Of a DNA stretch of 64,000 nt, positions 38,419-47,803 are shown piece by piece. Position 1 is the stretch's first letter. The number at the start of each line of letters is the position of its first letter. The stretch is from an uncultured Alphaproteobacteria bacterium (lineage in GTDB: Bacteria > Pseudomonadota > Alphaproteobacteria > HIMB59 > GCA-002718135), in contig CACKRG010000006.1 in the NCBI GenBank assembly GCA_902602515.1, positions 4,867 through 68,866 on the forward strand, written 5' to 3'. The notes under the pieces are model-generated. The model was not told the origin of the DNA and did not search any database. It saw nothing but the letters and a program-made list of their open reading frames with translations. Both the position numbers and the translations under genes were made by a program.

Positions 38419-39558
38419 ATGAGAAATGCAGTTATTGTGGGTTACAAAAGATCACCATTCACTTTTGCTCGTAAAGGTGAAATGTCAAACATAAGACCCG
38501 AAGATATTCTGTCACAAACAATAAATCAATTACTTAATGAAATACAAATAAATAAAAATGATATAGAGGATATCATTACTGGTTGTGCGTATCCTGAAGG
38601 AGCACAAGGAAATAATATTGCTAAAATTGTTTCATTCATGACAGATATGCCAGAACATGTAGCAGGTATGACAGTTAATAGATGGTGCGGCTCTTCAATG
38701 CAAGCTATTCACGATGCAACTGGAGCTATTGCAATTAATTCTGGAGATGTTTTTTTATGTTGTGGTGTAGAAAGTATGACATTTATACCTATGAATGGAT
38801 TAACTTACGATCCTCATCCACAATTAAGTAAAGATAATCCAAATGTATATATGTCTATGGGTATTACAGCTGAAAATGTTGCAAAAAAATTTGATATTTC
38901 TCGAAAAGAGCAACAAGATTTTGCTATTAGTAGTCATTCTAAAGCTAATTCAGCTAGAGAATCAAACGTGTTCGACAACGAAATTGTTCCCATTACAAAT
39001 AATGATCAAATAATTAATAAAGATGGAGGAATTCGTCCAAACACCTCACATGAAATTTTAGATGGGTTAAAACTTGTTTTTGATGAAAATGGAACAGTTA
39101 CAGCTGGTACAGCTTCACCATTAACAGATGGAGCATCAGCAGTAATTGTGTGTGAAGAAGAATATGCAAAAAAAAATAATCTAAATATTTTAGCTCGTAT
39201 CAAATCTACAGCAGTAGTCGGTTGTCCACCAGAATTAATGGGTCTTGGCCCAATTAATGCATCTAAAAAAGCTCTAAAAAGAGCTAATTTATCTATTTCC
39301 GATATTGATATTGTGGAACTAAATGAGGCATTTGCTTCTCAATCTTTAGCATGTATTAAAGAATTAAATATGGACATAAATAAAGTAAATATCCATGGTG
39401 GAGCAATAGCATTAGGCCATCCTTTAGGAGCTACTGGAGCAAGGATTACAGGAAAAGTTGCATCTTTATTGCAAAATAATAATAAAAAGTATGGATTAGC
39501 GACACAATGTATTGGTTTAGGTCAAGGTATTGCAACTGTGTTAGAAAATATTAATTAA
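38419..39558 (+). CDS. Acetyl-CoA acyltransferase (thiolase)
   Basis: NRWCGSS, NEAFA, GHPLGATG, CIGLG. Confidence 0.93.
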   Translation: MRNAVIVGYKRSPFTFARKGEMSNIRPEDILSQTINQLLNEIQINKNDIEDIITGCAYPEGAQGNNIAKIVSFMTDMPEHVAGMTVNRWCGSSMQAIHDATGAIAINSGDVFLCCGVESMTFIPMNGLTYDPHPQLSKDNPNVYMSMGITAENVAKKFDISRKEQQDFAISSHSKANSARESNVFDNEIVPITNNDQIINKDGGIRPNTSHEILDGLKLVFDENGTVTAGTASPLTDGASAVIVCEEEYAKKNNLNILARIKSTAVVGCPPELMGLGPINASKKALKRANLSISDIDIVELNEAFASQSLACIKELNMDINKVNIHGGAIALGHPLGATGARITGKVASLLQNNNKKYGLATQCIGLGQGIATVLENIN

Positions 39559-39563
39559 ATAAT

Positions 39564-41339
39564 ATGCAAATTTATAAAACACCCCTTCGCGAGTTTAAAT
39601 TTTTAATTGAAGATTTTTTAAATCTAAAGGAAAGTTTAACATTAAAAAAATTAGATTTAGAAACAAGTGATCTAATGCTTATAATTGAAGAAGCAGCAAA
39701 ACTATGTGAAGAGACTTTACTCCCACTTAATCAAAGTGGAGATAGTGAAGGATGTTCATTTAATAATGGAGTTGTGACTGCGCCAAAAGGATTTAGGGAA
39801 GCTTATAAAACTTTTTCTGAAAATGGTTGGCAGGGACTTAAAGTAAAAGAAGAATTTGGTGGTCAAAATTTACCTTATATTATGAATATGATTTTAGATG
39901 AAATGATAAGCTCTACTAATATGTCATTTGGTCTTTATCCTGGTCTTACAGCAAATGCTATCGATGCAATTGAAAAAAGTGCTAATGAAGATTTGAAAAA
40001 TACTTATTTGCCAAATTTAACTAGTGGCAAGTGGACGGGCACAATGAACTTAACTGAACCTCAATGTGGAACAGATCTTGGCTTAAGTAAAACAATGGCA
40101 ACACCGTTAGATGATGGAAGTTATAGTATTACTGGAACAAAAATTTTTATTACATGTGGAGAACATGATCTTAGTGATAATATTATTCATTTAGTATTAG
40201 CAAGAACACCAAATGCGCCCCCTGGTATAAAAGGTATAAGTTTATTCTTGGTTCCTAAATTTTTACCAAATGAAAGTGGTGATTTTATTGAAAGAAATAA
40301 AGTTGAATGTGGGTCAATAGAGAAGAAGATGGGTATTCATGCTAGTCCAACTTGTGTAATGCATTACAATGAAGCTAAGGGCTGGCTAGTAGGCGATATT
40401 AATAAAGGAATGAGAGCGATGTTTATAATGATGAATGGAGCTCGTTTGTTTGTAGGGATACAAGGCTTAGGTTTATCAGAAACTGCCTATCAATCAGCAC
40501 TTTATTATTCTAAAGAGCGTTTACAAGGAAAATTATCTTCCAGTAATCAAGTTGCTGATCCCATAATTGTTCATCCCGAAATAAGAAAAAATTTATTGTA
40601 TATAAAATCGATTAATGAAGCGGTTAGAGGTTTGACTTTATTAGCTGGAAATCACTTTGATAATATTGAATATTCTTCAGATGACAAAGAAAAGAAATTG
40701 TCTGAAAATTTTATTGCACTCATGACACCAATTATTAAATCATATGCATCAGATAAATCTGTAGAAAATACAAACAGAGCCATGCAAATCTATGGAGGTC
40801 ATGGTTTTATAACTGATCATGGAATGGAGCAATTAGTAAGAGATGCTAGAATTACAACAATCTACGAAGGAACAAACGGTATTCAAGCTCTAGATTTGAT
40901 AGGAAGAAAATTGCAAATTGATAATGGTGCATTATTTAATGATTTTTTTACGATGATAGATACCTATCAAGTTAAAATTAATAATAATCAAGATATGAAA
41001 AAATATATTGATTTATTTATGCCCTCTTATGATTCTTACAAAAGTATTTTTGAATATATTAAATCGTTAAATGATGAAAACGAGATTAATTCTCATGCTG
41101 TAGAATTTTTAAATTTATCATCTTTGATTTCTCTAGGTTATATCTGGTTACAGTATATAGAAATATCATTAGCAAAATTAAAAAAGAAAGATGAAAGTTT
41201 TTATAAATCCAAAATTGAGACTGGTAACTTCTTTTTAACTAAATTATTAGGAGAAACACAAGTTCTTTGTCAAAATATAAAATCTGGTGGAAAATACTAT
41301 AACGATTATGATGATAAGTATTTTGAAACAGCAATCTAA
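39564..41339 (+). CDS. Long (~590 aa) acyl-CoA dehydrogenase (family that includes DmdC)
   Basis: GTMNLTEPQCGTDL, EKKMGIHAS, IYEGTNGIQALDL. Confidence 0.9.
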   Translation: MQIYKTPLREFKFLIEDFLNLKESLTLKKLDLETSDLMLIIEEAAKLCEETLLPLNQSGDSEGCSFNNGVVTAPKGFREAYKTFSENGWQGLKVKEEFGGQNLPYIMNMILDEMISSTNMSFGLYPGLTANAIDAIEKSANEDLKNTYLPNLTSGKWTGTMNLTEPQCGTDLGLSKTMATPLDDGSYSITGTKIFITCGEHDLSDNIIHLVLARTPNAPPGIKGISLFLVPKFLPNESGDFIERNKVECGSIEKKMGIHASPTCVMHYNEAKGWLVGDINKGMRAMFIMMNGARLFVGIQGLGLSETAYQSALYYSKERLQGKLSSSNQVADPIIVHPEIRKNLLYIKSINEAVRGLTLLAGNHFDNIEYSSDDKEKKLSENFIALMTPIIKSYASDKSVENTNRAMQIYGGHGFITDHGMEQLVRDARITTIYEGTNGIQALDLIGRKLQIDNGALFNDFFTMIDTYQVKINNNQDMKKYIDLFMPSYDSYKSIFEYIKSLNDENEINSHAVEFLNLSSLISLGYIWLQYIEISLAKLKKKDESFYKSKIETGNFFLTKLLGETQVLCQNIKSGGKYYNDYDDKYFETAI

Positions 41340-41644
41340 TGACTATAAAAATTTATAAACCTTCAAAAACTTCTATGCAGTCAGGTTTTAAAAAAACTAA
41401 ACTATGGCTTGCAGAATATATATCTGAAGTAGAAAAAGTAAAAGATACATTAATGGGCTGGAATAGCTCACTTGATACTAAGTCTCAAATTAAACTTTTT
41501 TTTGATACAAAAGAACAAGCAATAGATTGGGCAAAAAAAAATAATTATCAATATTTTGTCGAAGAACCAAAGAAAAGAAAAATTAAACCTAAAAGTTATG
41601 CCTCAAATTTTGATACAAATAGAAAAGAGCCTTGGACACATTAA
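41339..41644 (+). CDS. ETC complex I accessory subunit (NDUFS4-like)
   Basis: IYKPSKTSMQSG, LMGWNSS, KPKSYASNF. Confidence 0.9.
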   Translation: MTIKIYKPSKTSMQSGFKKTKLWLAEYISEVEKVKDTLMGWNSSLDTKSQIKLFFDTKEQAIDWAKKNNYQYFVEEPKKRKIKPKSYASNFDTNRKEPWTH

Positions 41645-41691
41645 GTATAATTTCTTTCTTTATTTTTTAGACTATGATAAATGAAAATCAA

Positions 41692-41767
41692 GCGCCCGTA
41701 GCTCAGTGGATAGAGCAACCGCCTTCTAAGCGGTAGGTCAAATGTTCGAATCATTTCGGGCGCGCCA
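41692..41767 (+). tRNA. tRNA-Arg(TCT)
   Basis: GCGCCCG/CGGGCGC acceptor, ACCGC-CTTCTAA-GCGGT, encoded CCA. Confidence 0.97.
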
Positions 41768-41783
41768 ATGAATAAGGAACTCT

Positions 41784-42125
41784 ATGATGCATAATGTTAA
41801 ATGTCATTGCGGTGCGGTAGAATTAGAGGTTAATAATGATCTTGATATTATTAAACAATGTAATTGTTCAATTTGTAAAAGAAAAAACGCTAAAATGGCA
41901 ATGGTATCTAAGGAATCTCTATCAATTATAAAAGGAAAAGAATATTTAACTTCATATAAATTTAACACAATGATAGCTGAACATTTCTTTTGTAAAATTT
42001 GTGGCATTTATACTCATCATTATAGAAGAAGTGATCCAAATGGTGCTGCAGTAAATATTGGCTGTATTGATGCAATTGATCCTTTTGAATACAAAGCTGA
42101 TTTTATTGATATGAAGAATAAATAA
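41784..42125 (+). CDS. GFA/CENP-V family zinc protein
   Basis: CHCG, CNCSIC, FCKICG. Confidence 0.88.
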   Translation: MMHNVKCHCGAVELEVNNDLDIIKQCNCSICKRKNAKMAMVSKESLSIIKGKEYLTSYKFNTMIAEHFFCKICGIYTHHYRRSDPNGAAVNIGCIDAIDPFEYKADFIDMKNK

Positions 42126-42128
42126 TTT

Positions 42129-43115
42129 ATGTCATTTGAATTTTTAATCTCTAAAATTCAAAAAAATAATTTTTTACTTATAGGTAGAGCAGGAGTAGAT
42201 ATATACCCTGATCCACCAGGAACAAAAACTGAAAATGCCAAATCATTTGTTACTTATCTTGGAGGATCTTCTGCAAATATGGGTGTTCAATTAACTCTGT
42301 TTGGAGGCAATTGTAATCTACTTACTAGAGTCTCTGATGATGCTTTAGGCAGATTTGCTATTAATCAACTAAATCATTATGGTGTTAAGAATAAATTAGT
42401 AAAATTTGAAAAAAATGAAACAAGAATTTCTTTTGCTATAGTTGAAACCACAGTTAAAGATCATCAATCAATAATTTATAGACATAAAGCTTCAGATTTA
42501 TTTTTAAATAAAGATGATATTAAAAATGCTGATATACAAAACTTTGATTGTGTATTAATTACTGGGACTTCTCTTGCAGCTGAACCTTCAAGGAGTGCTA
42601 CTTTATATGCTTTAGATATAGCAAATAAAAATAATATTCCTGTAATCATGGATATTGATTATAGACCATATACTTGGGAGTCATCAAATAAAGCAAAAGA
42701 AGTTTATAATTTAGCTGCAAATAAATGTAGCGGTGTAATTGGAAATGATGATGAGTTTGGAGTGTTAGCTGGTGATTACAATAATGGTTTGGGTCATGCT
42801 AAACAATTAGCGAAAAATGCAAGCTTAATTATTTATAAAAAAGGTGAAAAAGGTTCTATTACTTTTGCAATGAACAAAGAAATAAAAAAAGGAATATTTC
42901 CCGTAAAGCCTTTAAAACCAACTGGTGCTGGCGATGCATTTATGGGATCATTAATAGGATCAATTTTGAAAGATAATGATTTAGAAAAATCCATAGAAAT
43001 AGGTTCAGCCGCAGCAGCTATTGTAGTAACAAAAGTTGGTTGTGCGCCAGCAATGCCAAATTTAAATGAAATTTTAGAATTTATGAAATATAATAAAATT
43101 AATGAAGGAGAATAA
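42129..43115 (+). CDS. iolC: 5-dehydro-2-deoxygluconokinase (PfkB family)
   Basis: GRAGVDIY, GGSSAN, DIDYRP, PTGAGDAF; adjacent to iolB. Confidence 0.85.
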   Translation: MSFEFLISKIQKNNFLLIGRAGVDIYPDPPGTKTENAKSFVTYLGGSSANMGVQLTLFGGNCNLLTRVSDDALGRFAINQLNHYGVKNKLVKFEKNETRISFAIVETTVKDHQSIIYRHKASDLFLNKDDIKNADIQNFDCVLITGTSLAAEPSRSATLYALDIANKNNIPVIMDIDYRPYTWESSNKAKEVYNLAANKCSGVIGNDDEFGVLAGDYNNGLGHAKQLAKNASLIIYKKGEKGSITFAMNKEIKKGIFPVKPLKPTGAGDAFMGSLIGSILKDNDLEKSIEIGSAAAAIVVTKVGCAPAMPNLNEILEFMKYNKINEGE

Positions 43116-43116
43116 T

Positions 43117-43959
43117 ATGCATATTCCACCATTTGATAATAATAATAAGCCAATTGTAGATATTGAAGACAGTAGAGTTCCTTTAAATTATTTTAACATT
43201 GTAAAATTAAATAAAGATCAATCTTTTGAATATCAAACACCTGGTTATGAAACATGTATAGTGCCTGCTACTGGAACAATTGATGTAGAAATTGAAGGAA
43301 TAAAAGTTGAGTCATTAGGCACTAGAACAGTTGATGTGTGGGATGGAGAACCAGAAGGTGTTTATGTTCCGTCTAACACAAAAGCTCAATTTACATCTTT
43401 AGTCGATAATTCAGAAATTTTTATTGCTGGTGCAAAGTATGATAAAACTCTTGAACCATTTGCTGTTCGAACAAATGAAATTGATTTAGTTCAGTATGGC
43501 TCAGATGATACAAAAACTCATAGAAAAATTAAACATATTCTAGGTGCTAAGCATCACGATAAAGTTGGAAGATTGCTTTGTAATGAACTTTATACAGTGG
43601 GACAGGGAGGTTGGTCGGGGTTTCCACCTCATAAGCATGATACAGATCGTCTACCTGATGAAACTAGACATGATGAAACATATAATTACAGATTTAAACC
43701 TAATAATGGATTTGGTTTTCAGATGTTTCAGCAAGTTGATGATAAAGTTGGTAAAGCTGAACATATAATTGATGGGTCAACTATTATGATTAGAACAGGC
43801 TATCATCCTTGTGTAGTGGCACCTGGGTATGAGATGTATTATTTTACTATTCTTGGAGGACTATCTCAAAGATCTCTTGTCCAATTTTTTCAGCCTGAGC
43901 ATGCTTATCAGGTAGAAACAATTCCAGGAATTAAGGATATGATTGCTAAATACAAATAA
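43117..43959 (+). CDS. iolB: 5-deoxy-glucuronate isomerase
   Basis: WSGFPPHKHD, ETY, GYHP; SD GAAGGAG before ATG 43117. Confidence 0.88.
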   Translation: MHIPPFDNNNKPIVDIEDSRVPLNYFNIVKLNKDQSFEYQTPGYETCIVPATGTIDVEIEGIKVESLGTRTVDVWDGEPEGVYVPSNTKAQFTSLVDNSEIFIAGAKYDKTLEPFAVRTNEIDLVQYGSDDTKTHRKIKHILGAKHHDKVGRLLCNELYTVGQGGWSGFPPHKHDTDRLPDETRHDETYNYRFKPNNGFGFQMFQQVDDKVGKAEHIIDGSTIMIRTGYHPCVVAPGYEMYYFTILGGLSQRSLVQFFQPEHAYQVETIPGIKDMIAKYK

Positions 43960-44790
43960 ATGACAGCTGTAAATTTAAAAAAAATTTTAAATGATGCAAA
44001 TAAAAATAATTATGCAGTAGCAGGTTTAGTTGTACTAGGCTGGGATGATGCCTTAGCTTTTACACAAGCCGCTGATGAAACTGGAATTCCGATTATATTG
44101 CAAGCTGGCCCCTCATGTAGGGCACATACACCAATTCCAATATTAGGAAAAATGTTTAGATACTTAGCAAGTCAAACAAAAACGAATATTTGTTGTCATG
44201 TTGATCATGGATACACTTTAGATGAATGTTATGATGGAATTGATAGTGGCTTTACATCTGTAATGTTTGATGGGTCTAAATTACCTTTAAAAGAAAATAT
44301 AAAAATTAGTAGAAAAATTGCTTCAAGAGCTCACAAATATAATATTTCTGTTGAGGGAGAAATAGGCTTTGTAGGTTATGATAATGGTAAAATTTCAGAA
44401 GGTACTAATATTGAAGATGCAGTAACTTTTGCAAATAAAAGTAATATTGATGCAATGGCAATTTCAGTTGGTAATACACATTTACAAACTTCAAAAAAAG
44501 CAAGTATTGATTTCAATAAAATTAATTTAATTGAAGCAAAAACAAAAATCCCTTTAGTTCTCCATGGTAGTAGCGGCATTCCTCTAGAGCAAAGAAAAAA
44601 ACTAGCAAGAAAAACAAAAGTAGCAAAATTAAATATTGGCACTGAAATTAGAATGACATTTGGTGATGCTTTAAGAAAAAATCTCAAAAAAAATCCTAAA
44701 ACATATGATAGATTGCAATTACTAAAACCTACAATTAAAAATTTAACAAAAGTTACAAAAAAAATTATAAAACAAATCGGTCCAAATTAA
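43960..44790 (+). CDS. Class II aldolase (IolJ/FBA-like)
   Basis: HVDHG, GFTSVMFDGS, GNTH, LHGSSG, NIGT. Confidence 0.85.
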   Translation: MTAVNLKKILNDANKNNYAVAGLVVLGWDDALAFTQAADETGIPIILQAGPSCRAHTPIPILGKMFRYLASQTKTNICCHVDHGYTLDECYDGIDSGFTSVMFDGSKLPLKENIKISRKIASRAHKYNISVEGEIGFVGYDNGKISEGTNIEDAVTFANKSNIDAMAISVGNTHLQTSKKASIDFNKINLIEAKTKIPLVLHGSSGIPLEQRKKLARKTKVAKLNIGTEIRMTFGDALRKNLKKNPKTYDRLQLLKPTIKNLTKVTKKIIKQIGPN

Positions 44791-45320
44791 TGAGACAAAT
44801 TTTTATTGCAGCACTTAAAGAAGAAACTCCAAATCTTAAAGATTTTCACTATTCAGGTGTGGGAAAGATAAATGCTACAATCAAAATTATGGAATTAATT
44901 TCAAAATTTCAACCTAATGAAATTATTAATTATGGAACAGCTGGATCAACGAAGCAAAACTTATCAGGATTAGTGGAATGCACAAAATTTGTTCAAAGGG
45001 ATATGGATGCAAGGGGTTTAATGAACTTTAAATTAGGTGAAACTCCTTTTGATCCTATTTCAAAAATTACTTATTCTAATGAAGGGTATATATGCGCATC
45101 AGGAGATAGCTTTGTTCAATCATCAGTAGAAATAGATTGTGACATCGTAGATATGGAAGCTTACTCTTTTGCTAAAGTATGCAAATTATACAATATTAGA
45201 TTTAAATGTTTTAAATATATTTCTGATTATGCAAATGAAAATTCAAATAATGATTGGATTGATAATTGTTCAAAAGGAGCTAAACTATTTTCTGAAATAT
45301 ATCCTCAATTAAAAATATGA
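44790..45320 (+). CDS. Short MTA/SAH nucleosidase-like protein (PNP/UDP family)
   Basis: SGVGKINA, NYGTAG, SGDSF, DMEA, KYISD. Confidence 0.85.
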   Translation: MRQIFIAALKEETPNLKDFHYSGVGKINATIKIMELISKFQPNEIINYGTAGSTKQNLSGLVECTKFVQRDMDARGLMNFKLGETPFDPISKITYSNEGYICASGDSFVQSSVEIDCDIVDMEAYSFAKVCKLYNIRFKCFKYISDYANENSNNDWIDNCSKGAKLFSEIYPQLKI

Positions 45321-45733
45321 TATTAAAAATACTTGAAAAATTAGGAAGAAAAAAGATTGTATTGGACAGAGGTCCTTCGCATCCAGAATTTCATAAGGCC
45401 AAACCATGGATGGAAAGATATTATTTGTTATTTAGAAAAAGACCCAAGTGGTTTCCATTTAATATCTTAATTCATAAAATGTTAGATGATGATCATGGTG
45501 AAGGAGTTCATAATCATCTTTGTCCTTATATAACAATTATTTTAAAAGGTGGTTATTGGGAAACAACTAATAAAGGTAAATTTTGGAGATCACCAGGCTA
45601 CATTGGTTTTAGATCAGCAGATCATTTACATAGAGTTGATTTAAAACCAAATACAAATACAATGACATTATTTATTCCTGGCCCCTTTGGTCTTAGAAAA
45701 ACCAAAAGAGCAGATTATAAAACAAAAATTTAA
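45317..45733 (+). CDS. Hypothetical cupin-like protein
   Basis: HNH...IILKGGYWE...HRV metal-binding pattern; ATGA overlap with upstream gene. Confidence 0.65.
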   Translation: MILKILEKLGRKKIVLDRGPSHPEFHKAKPWMERYYLLFRKRPKWFPFNILIHKMLDDDHGEGVHNHLCPYITIILKGGYWETTNKGKFWRSPGYIGFRSADHLHRVDLKPNTNTMTLFIPGPFGLRKTKRADYKTKI

Positions 45734-45746
45734 CCATCTATCTAAT

Positions 45747-46481
45747 TTAAATTATTCCGTCGTATATTAATTTACATCCACTTAAAAAAAGCAAAACATA
45801 AACAATATTAAAAAATAATTTTTCTGGAATTCTTTTTTGCACAAAGTACCCAATTAAAACACTAATAAAAGCTAGTGGAAGTAAATAGAGAGAAATCATA
45901 AGATTTGAAGGTGCTAATAATCCAACGTAATAATAAGGAATCAATTTGACAAGATTTATAACCATAAATGCCAATGTCATTGTGCCAATAAAGGAAATTT
46001 TATCTAACTTTAGAGGAAGCATATAAAAGTTGATAGGTGGATTTCCTGCATGAATTAAAAAACTTGTATATCCTGCGACAGATGACCAAAAGTAACCTTT
46101 AACTTTGGTTGGTTTAAGTAAATAATTATTTTTCTGAATAAAAGAAACTAGAACAAAAATAATTGAAATAACACCAACCATTATTCTTATTTGATCTTCA
46201 TTGGTAAATTCAAATGTTAGAGTTCCAAATAAAATACCAATTATAGATGCTGGGATTATAATTTTTAAAATACTATTTATCCATTTTTTCCAATACAAGT
46301 AGATTGCTGAAAAATCCATTATAATTAAAAGTGGCAACAAAATACCGGCAGCTTGTAAAGGACTCATCGAAAATGACATGACAGGAACAGCTAACATTGC
46401 TATTGGCCCAGGTACACCACCTTTAGATAAACCAAATACGAAAACTCCCAATGATGCAAAAATATAAAAATATAAGTCCAT
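45747..46481 (-). CDS. TauE/SafE (TSUP) family membrane transporter
   Basis: GLSKGG, LLPLLIIMD, HAGNPP, KLIPY. Confidence 0.85.
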   Translation of the reverse strand: MDLYFYIFASLGVFVFGLSKGGVPGPIAMLAVPVMSFSMSPLQAAGILLPLLIIMDFSAIYLYWKKWINSILKIIIPASIIGILFGTLTFEFTNEDQIRIMVGVISIIFVLVSFIQKNNYLLKPTKVKGYFWSSVAGYTSFLIHAGNPPINFYMLPLKLDKISFIGTMTLAFMVINLVKLIPYYYVGLLAPSNLMISLYLLPLAFISVLIGYFVQKRIPEKLFFNIVYVLLFLSGCKLIYDGII

Positions 46482-47642
46482 TTAATTTAAAATTTTTAAT
46501 GCACTTTTTATATCTTTTATTTGATCATCAATATCTTCCAATCCACAATACAGTCTAATTAAAGTTCCAGTATTTCTGTTTTCAAACTCTCTTTTATCTA
46601 GCGGAGGAAAAGTAATAAGACTATCAAAGCCACCCCAACTGTATCCCAATTTAAATATTTTAAGTTTATTAAAAAACTTTTCAATTTGATTATTTGAATA
46701 TTTCTTTTTTAGCATAAATGAAAATAAACCAGTGCTACCAGAGAAATCTCTTTTCCATATTTTATGATTTTTTGTATGTGGTAATGCTGGATGGAAAACA
46801 TCAGACACAAGATCATGTTGTAATAAATATTTCGCCATTAATAATGCATTTTTTTCAATTTCTCTCATTCGAATTTCAAGTGTTGGCAATCCTCTAATTG
46901 CTAAATACACTTCTTCTGATCCAGGACATATGCCTAAAGTTTTTGAAGTTGATCTTATTTTTTTGGAATATTTTTTATTAGATGAAACGAAACCTATTAA
47001 TACATCCGAGTGACCGTTTATATATTTAGTTCCTGCATCTATAATAATATCGATACCTAATTTAATTGGATTACAAAATAAAGGTGAGGCCCAAGTATTA
47101 TCCATAACAGTTGGTATTTTATTTTTTTTAGCAATTTTTGTAATGAAAGGTATATCAATAATATCGAAAGTTGCTGTTCCTGGAGACTCTAAATAAATTA
47201 GCTTTGTTTTACTGTTAATTAATTTCTGAAAATTTTTAATATTTTTTGTTGGATGAAAATATTTTATTTTAACATTATATTGTTTAAGGATATTTTCACA
47301 AAAAGTTCTAGTAGGACTATAAACACTATCATTTACTAAAACCTCATCACCAGATTTTAAAAAGGTAAAAAAAGGAATAACTATAGAGGCTAATCCTGAT
47401 GGTGATAGTACTGTATCATTGCAGTTATATAAAATAGAAATACTGTCTTCTAATTGCTTATGAAATGGATTTTTATTTATTCCATAAAATGTTGTTCTAT
47501 CGTCAAAATTTTTAATATCGTTTAAGTAATCTTTAAATGTATTAAAGATCATTGTAGAACCCTTATAGGTACCAGGATTTATAAACCCTTTTTGTTTAAA
47601 AGGATTTCTACCTATTTTGGTTAATTTTGTTTTTATTTTCAT
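46482..47642 (-). CDS. metC: Cystathionine beta-lyase
   Basis: ESPG, DNTW, TKYINGHSD, GYSWGG, GLED; divergent from aapJ. Confidence 0.9.
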   Translation of the reverse strand: MKIKTKLTKIGRNPFKQKGFINPGTYKGSTMIFNTFKDYLNDIKNFDDRTTFYGINKNPFHKQLEDSISILYNCNDTVLSPSGLASIVIPFFTFLKSGDEVLVNDSVYSPTRTFCENILKQYNVKIKYFHPTKNIKNFQKLINSKTKLIYLESPGTATFDIIDIPFITKIAKKNKIPTVMDNTWASPLFCNPIKLGIDIIIDAGTKYINGHSDVLIGFVSSNKKYSKKIRSTSKTLGICPGSEEVYLAIRGLPTLEIRMREIEKNALLMAKYLLQHDLVSDVFHPALPHTKNHKIWKRDFSGSTGLFSFMLKKKYSNNQIEKFFNKLKIFKLGYSWGGFDSLITFPPLDKREFENRNTGTLIRLYCGLEDIDDQIKDIKSALKILN

Positions 47643-47772
47643 AAACAACTAAATATTGTATAAGCCAAAATCTTTATACACAAATTATAGTAGGCAATTT
47701 TAAGCTTAAAAAATCTATTATTGGGATTAACTTATTAATTTGTTATAGGGAAGCAATCTTTGAAAAAAGATA

Positions 47773-47790
47773 TTTAAATAATTATTTAAA
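47773..47790. repeat. Perfect 18-bp palindrome just upstream of the aapJ SD
   Basis: TTTAAATAATTATTTAAA, followed by C-GGAG. Confidence 0.5.
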
Positions 47791-47803
47791 CGGAGAAAAT
47801 AAT

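Noticed and set aside
47690-47706. Sigma54 promoter for aapJ (AGGCAATTTTAAGC)
   Set aside because: GG-to-GC spacing is 9 nt rather than the required 10.
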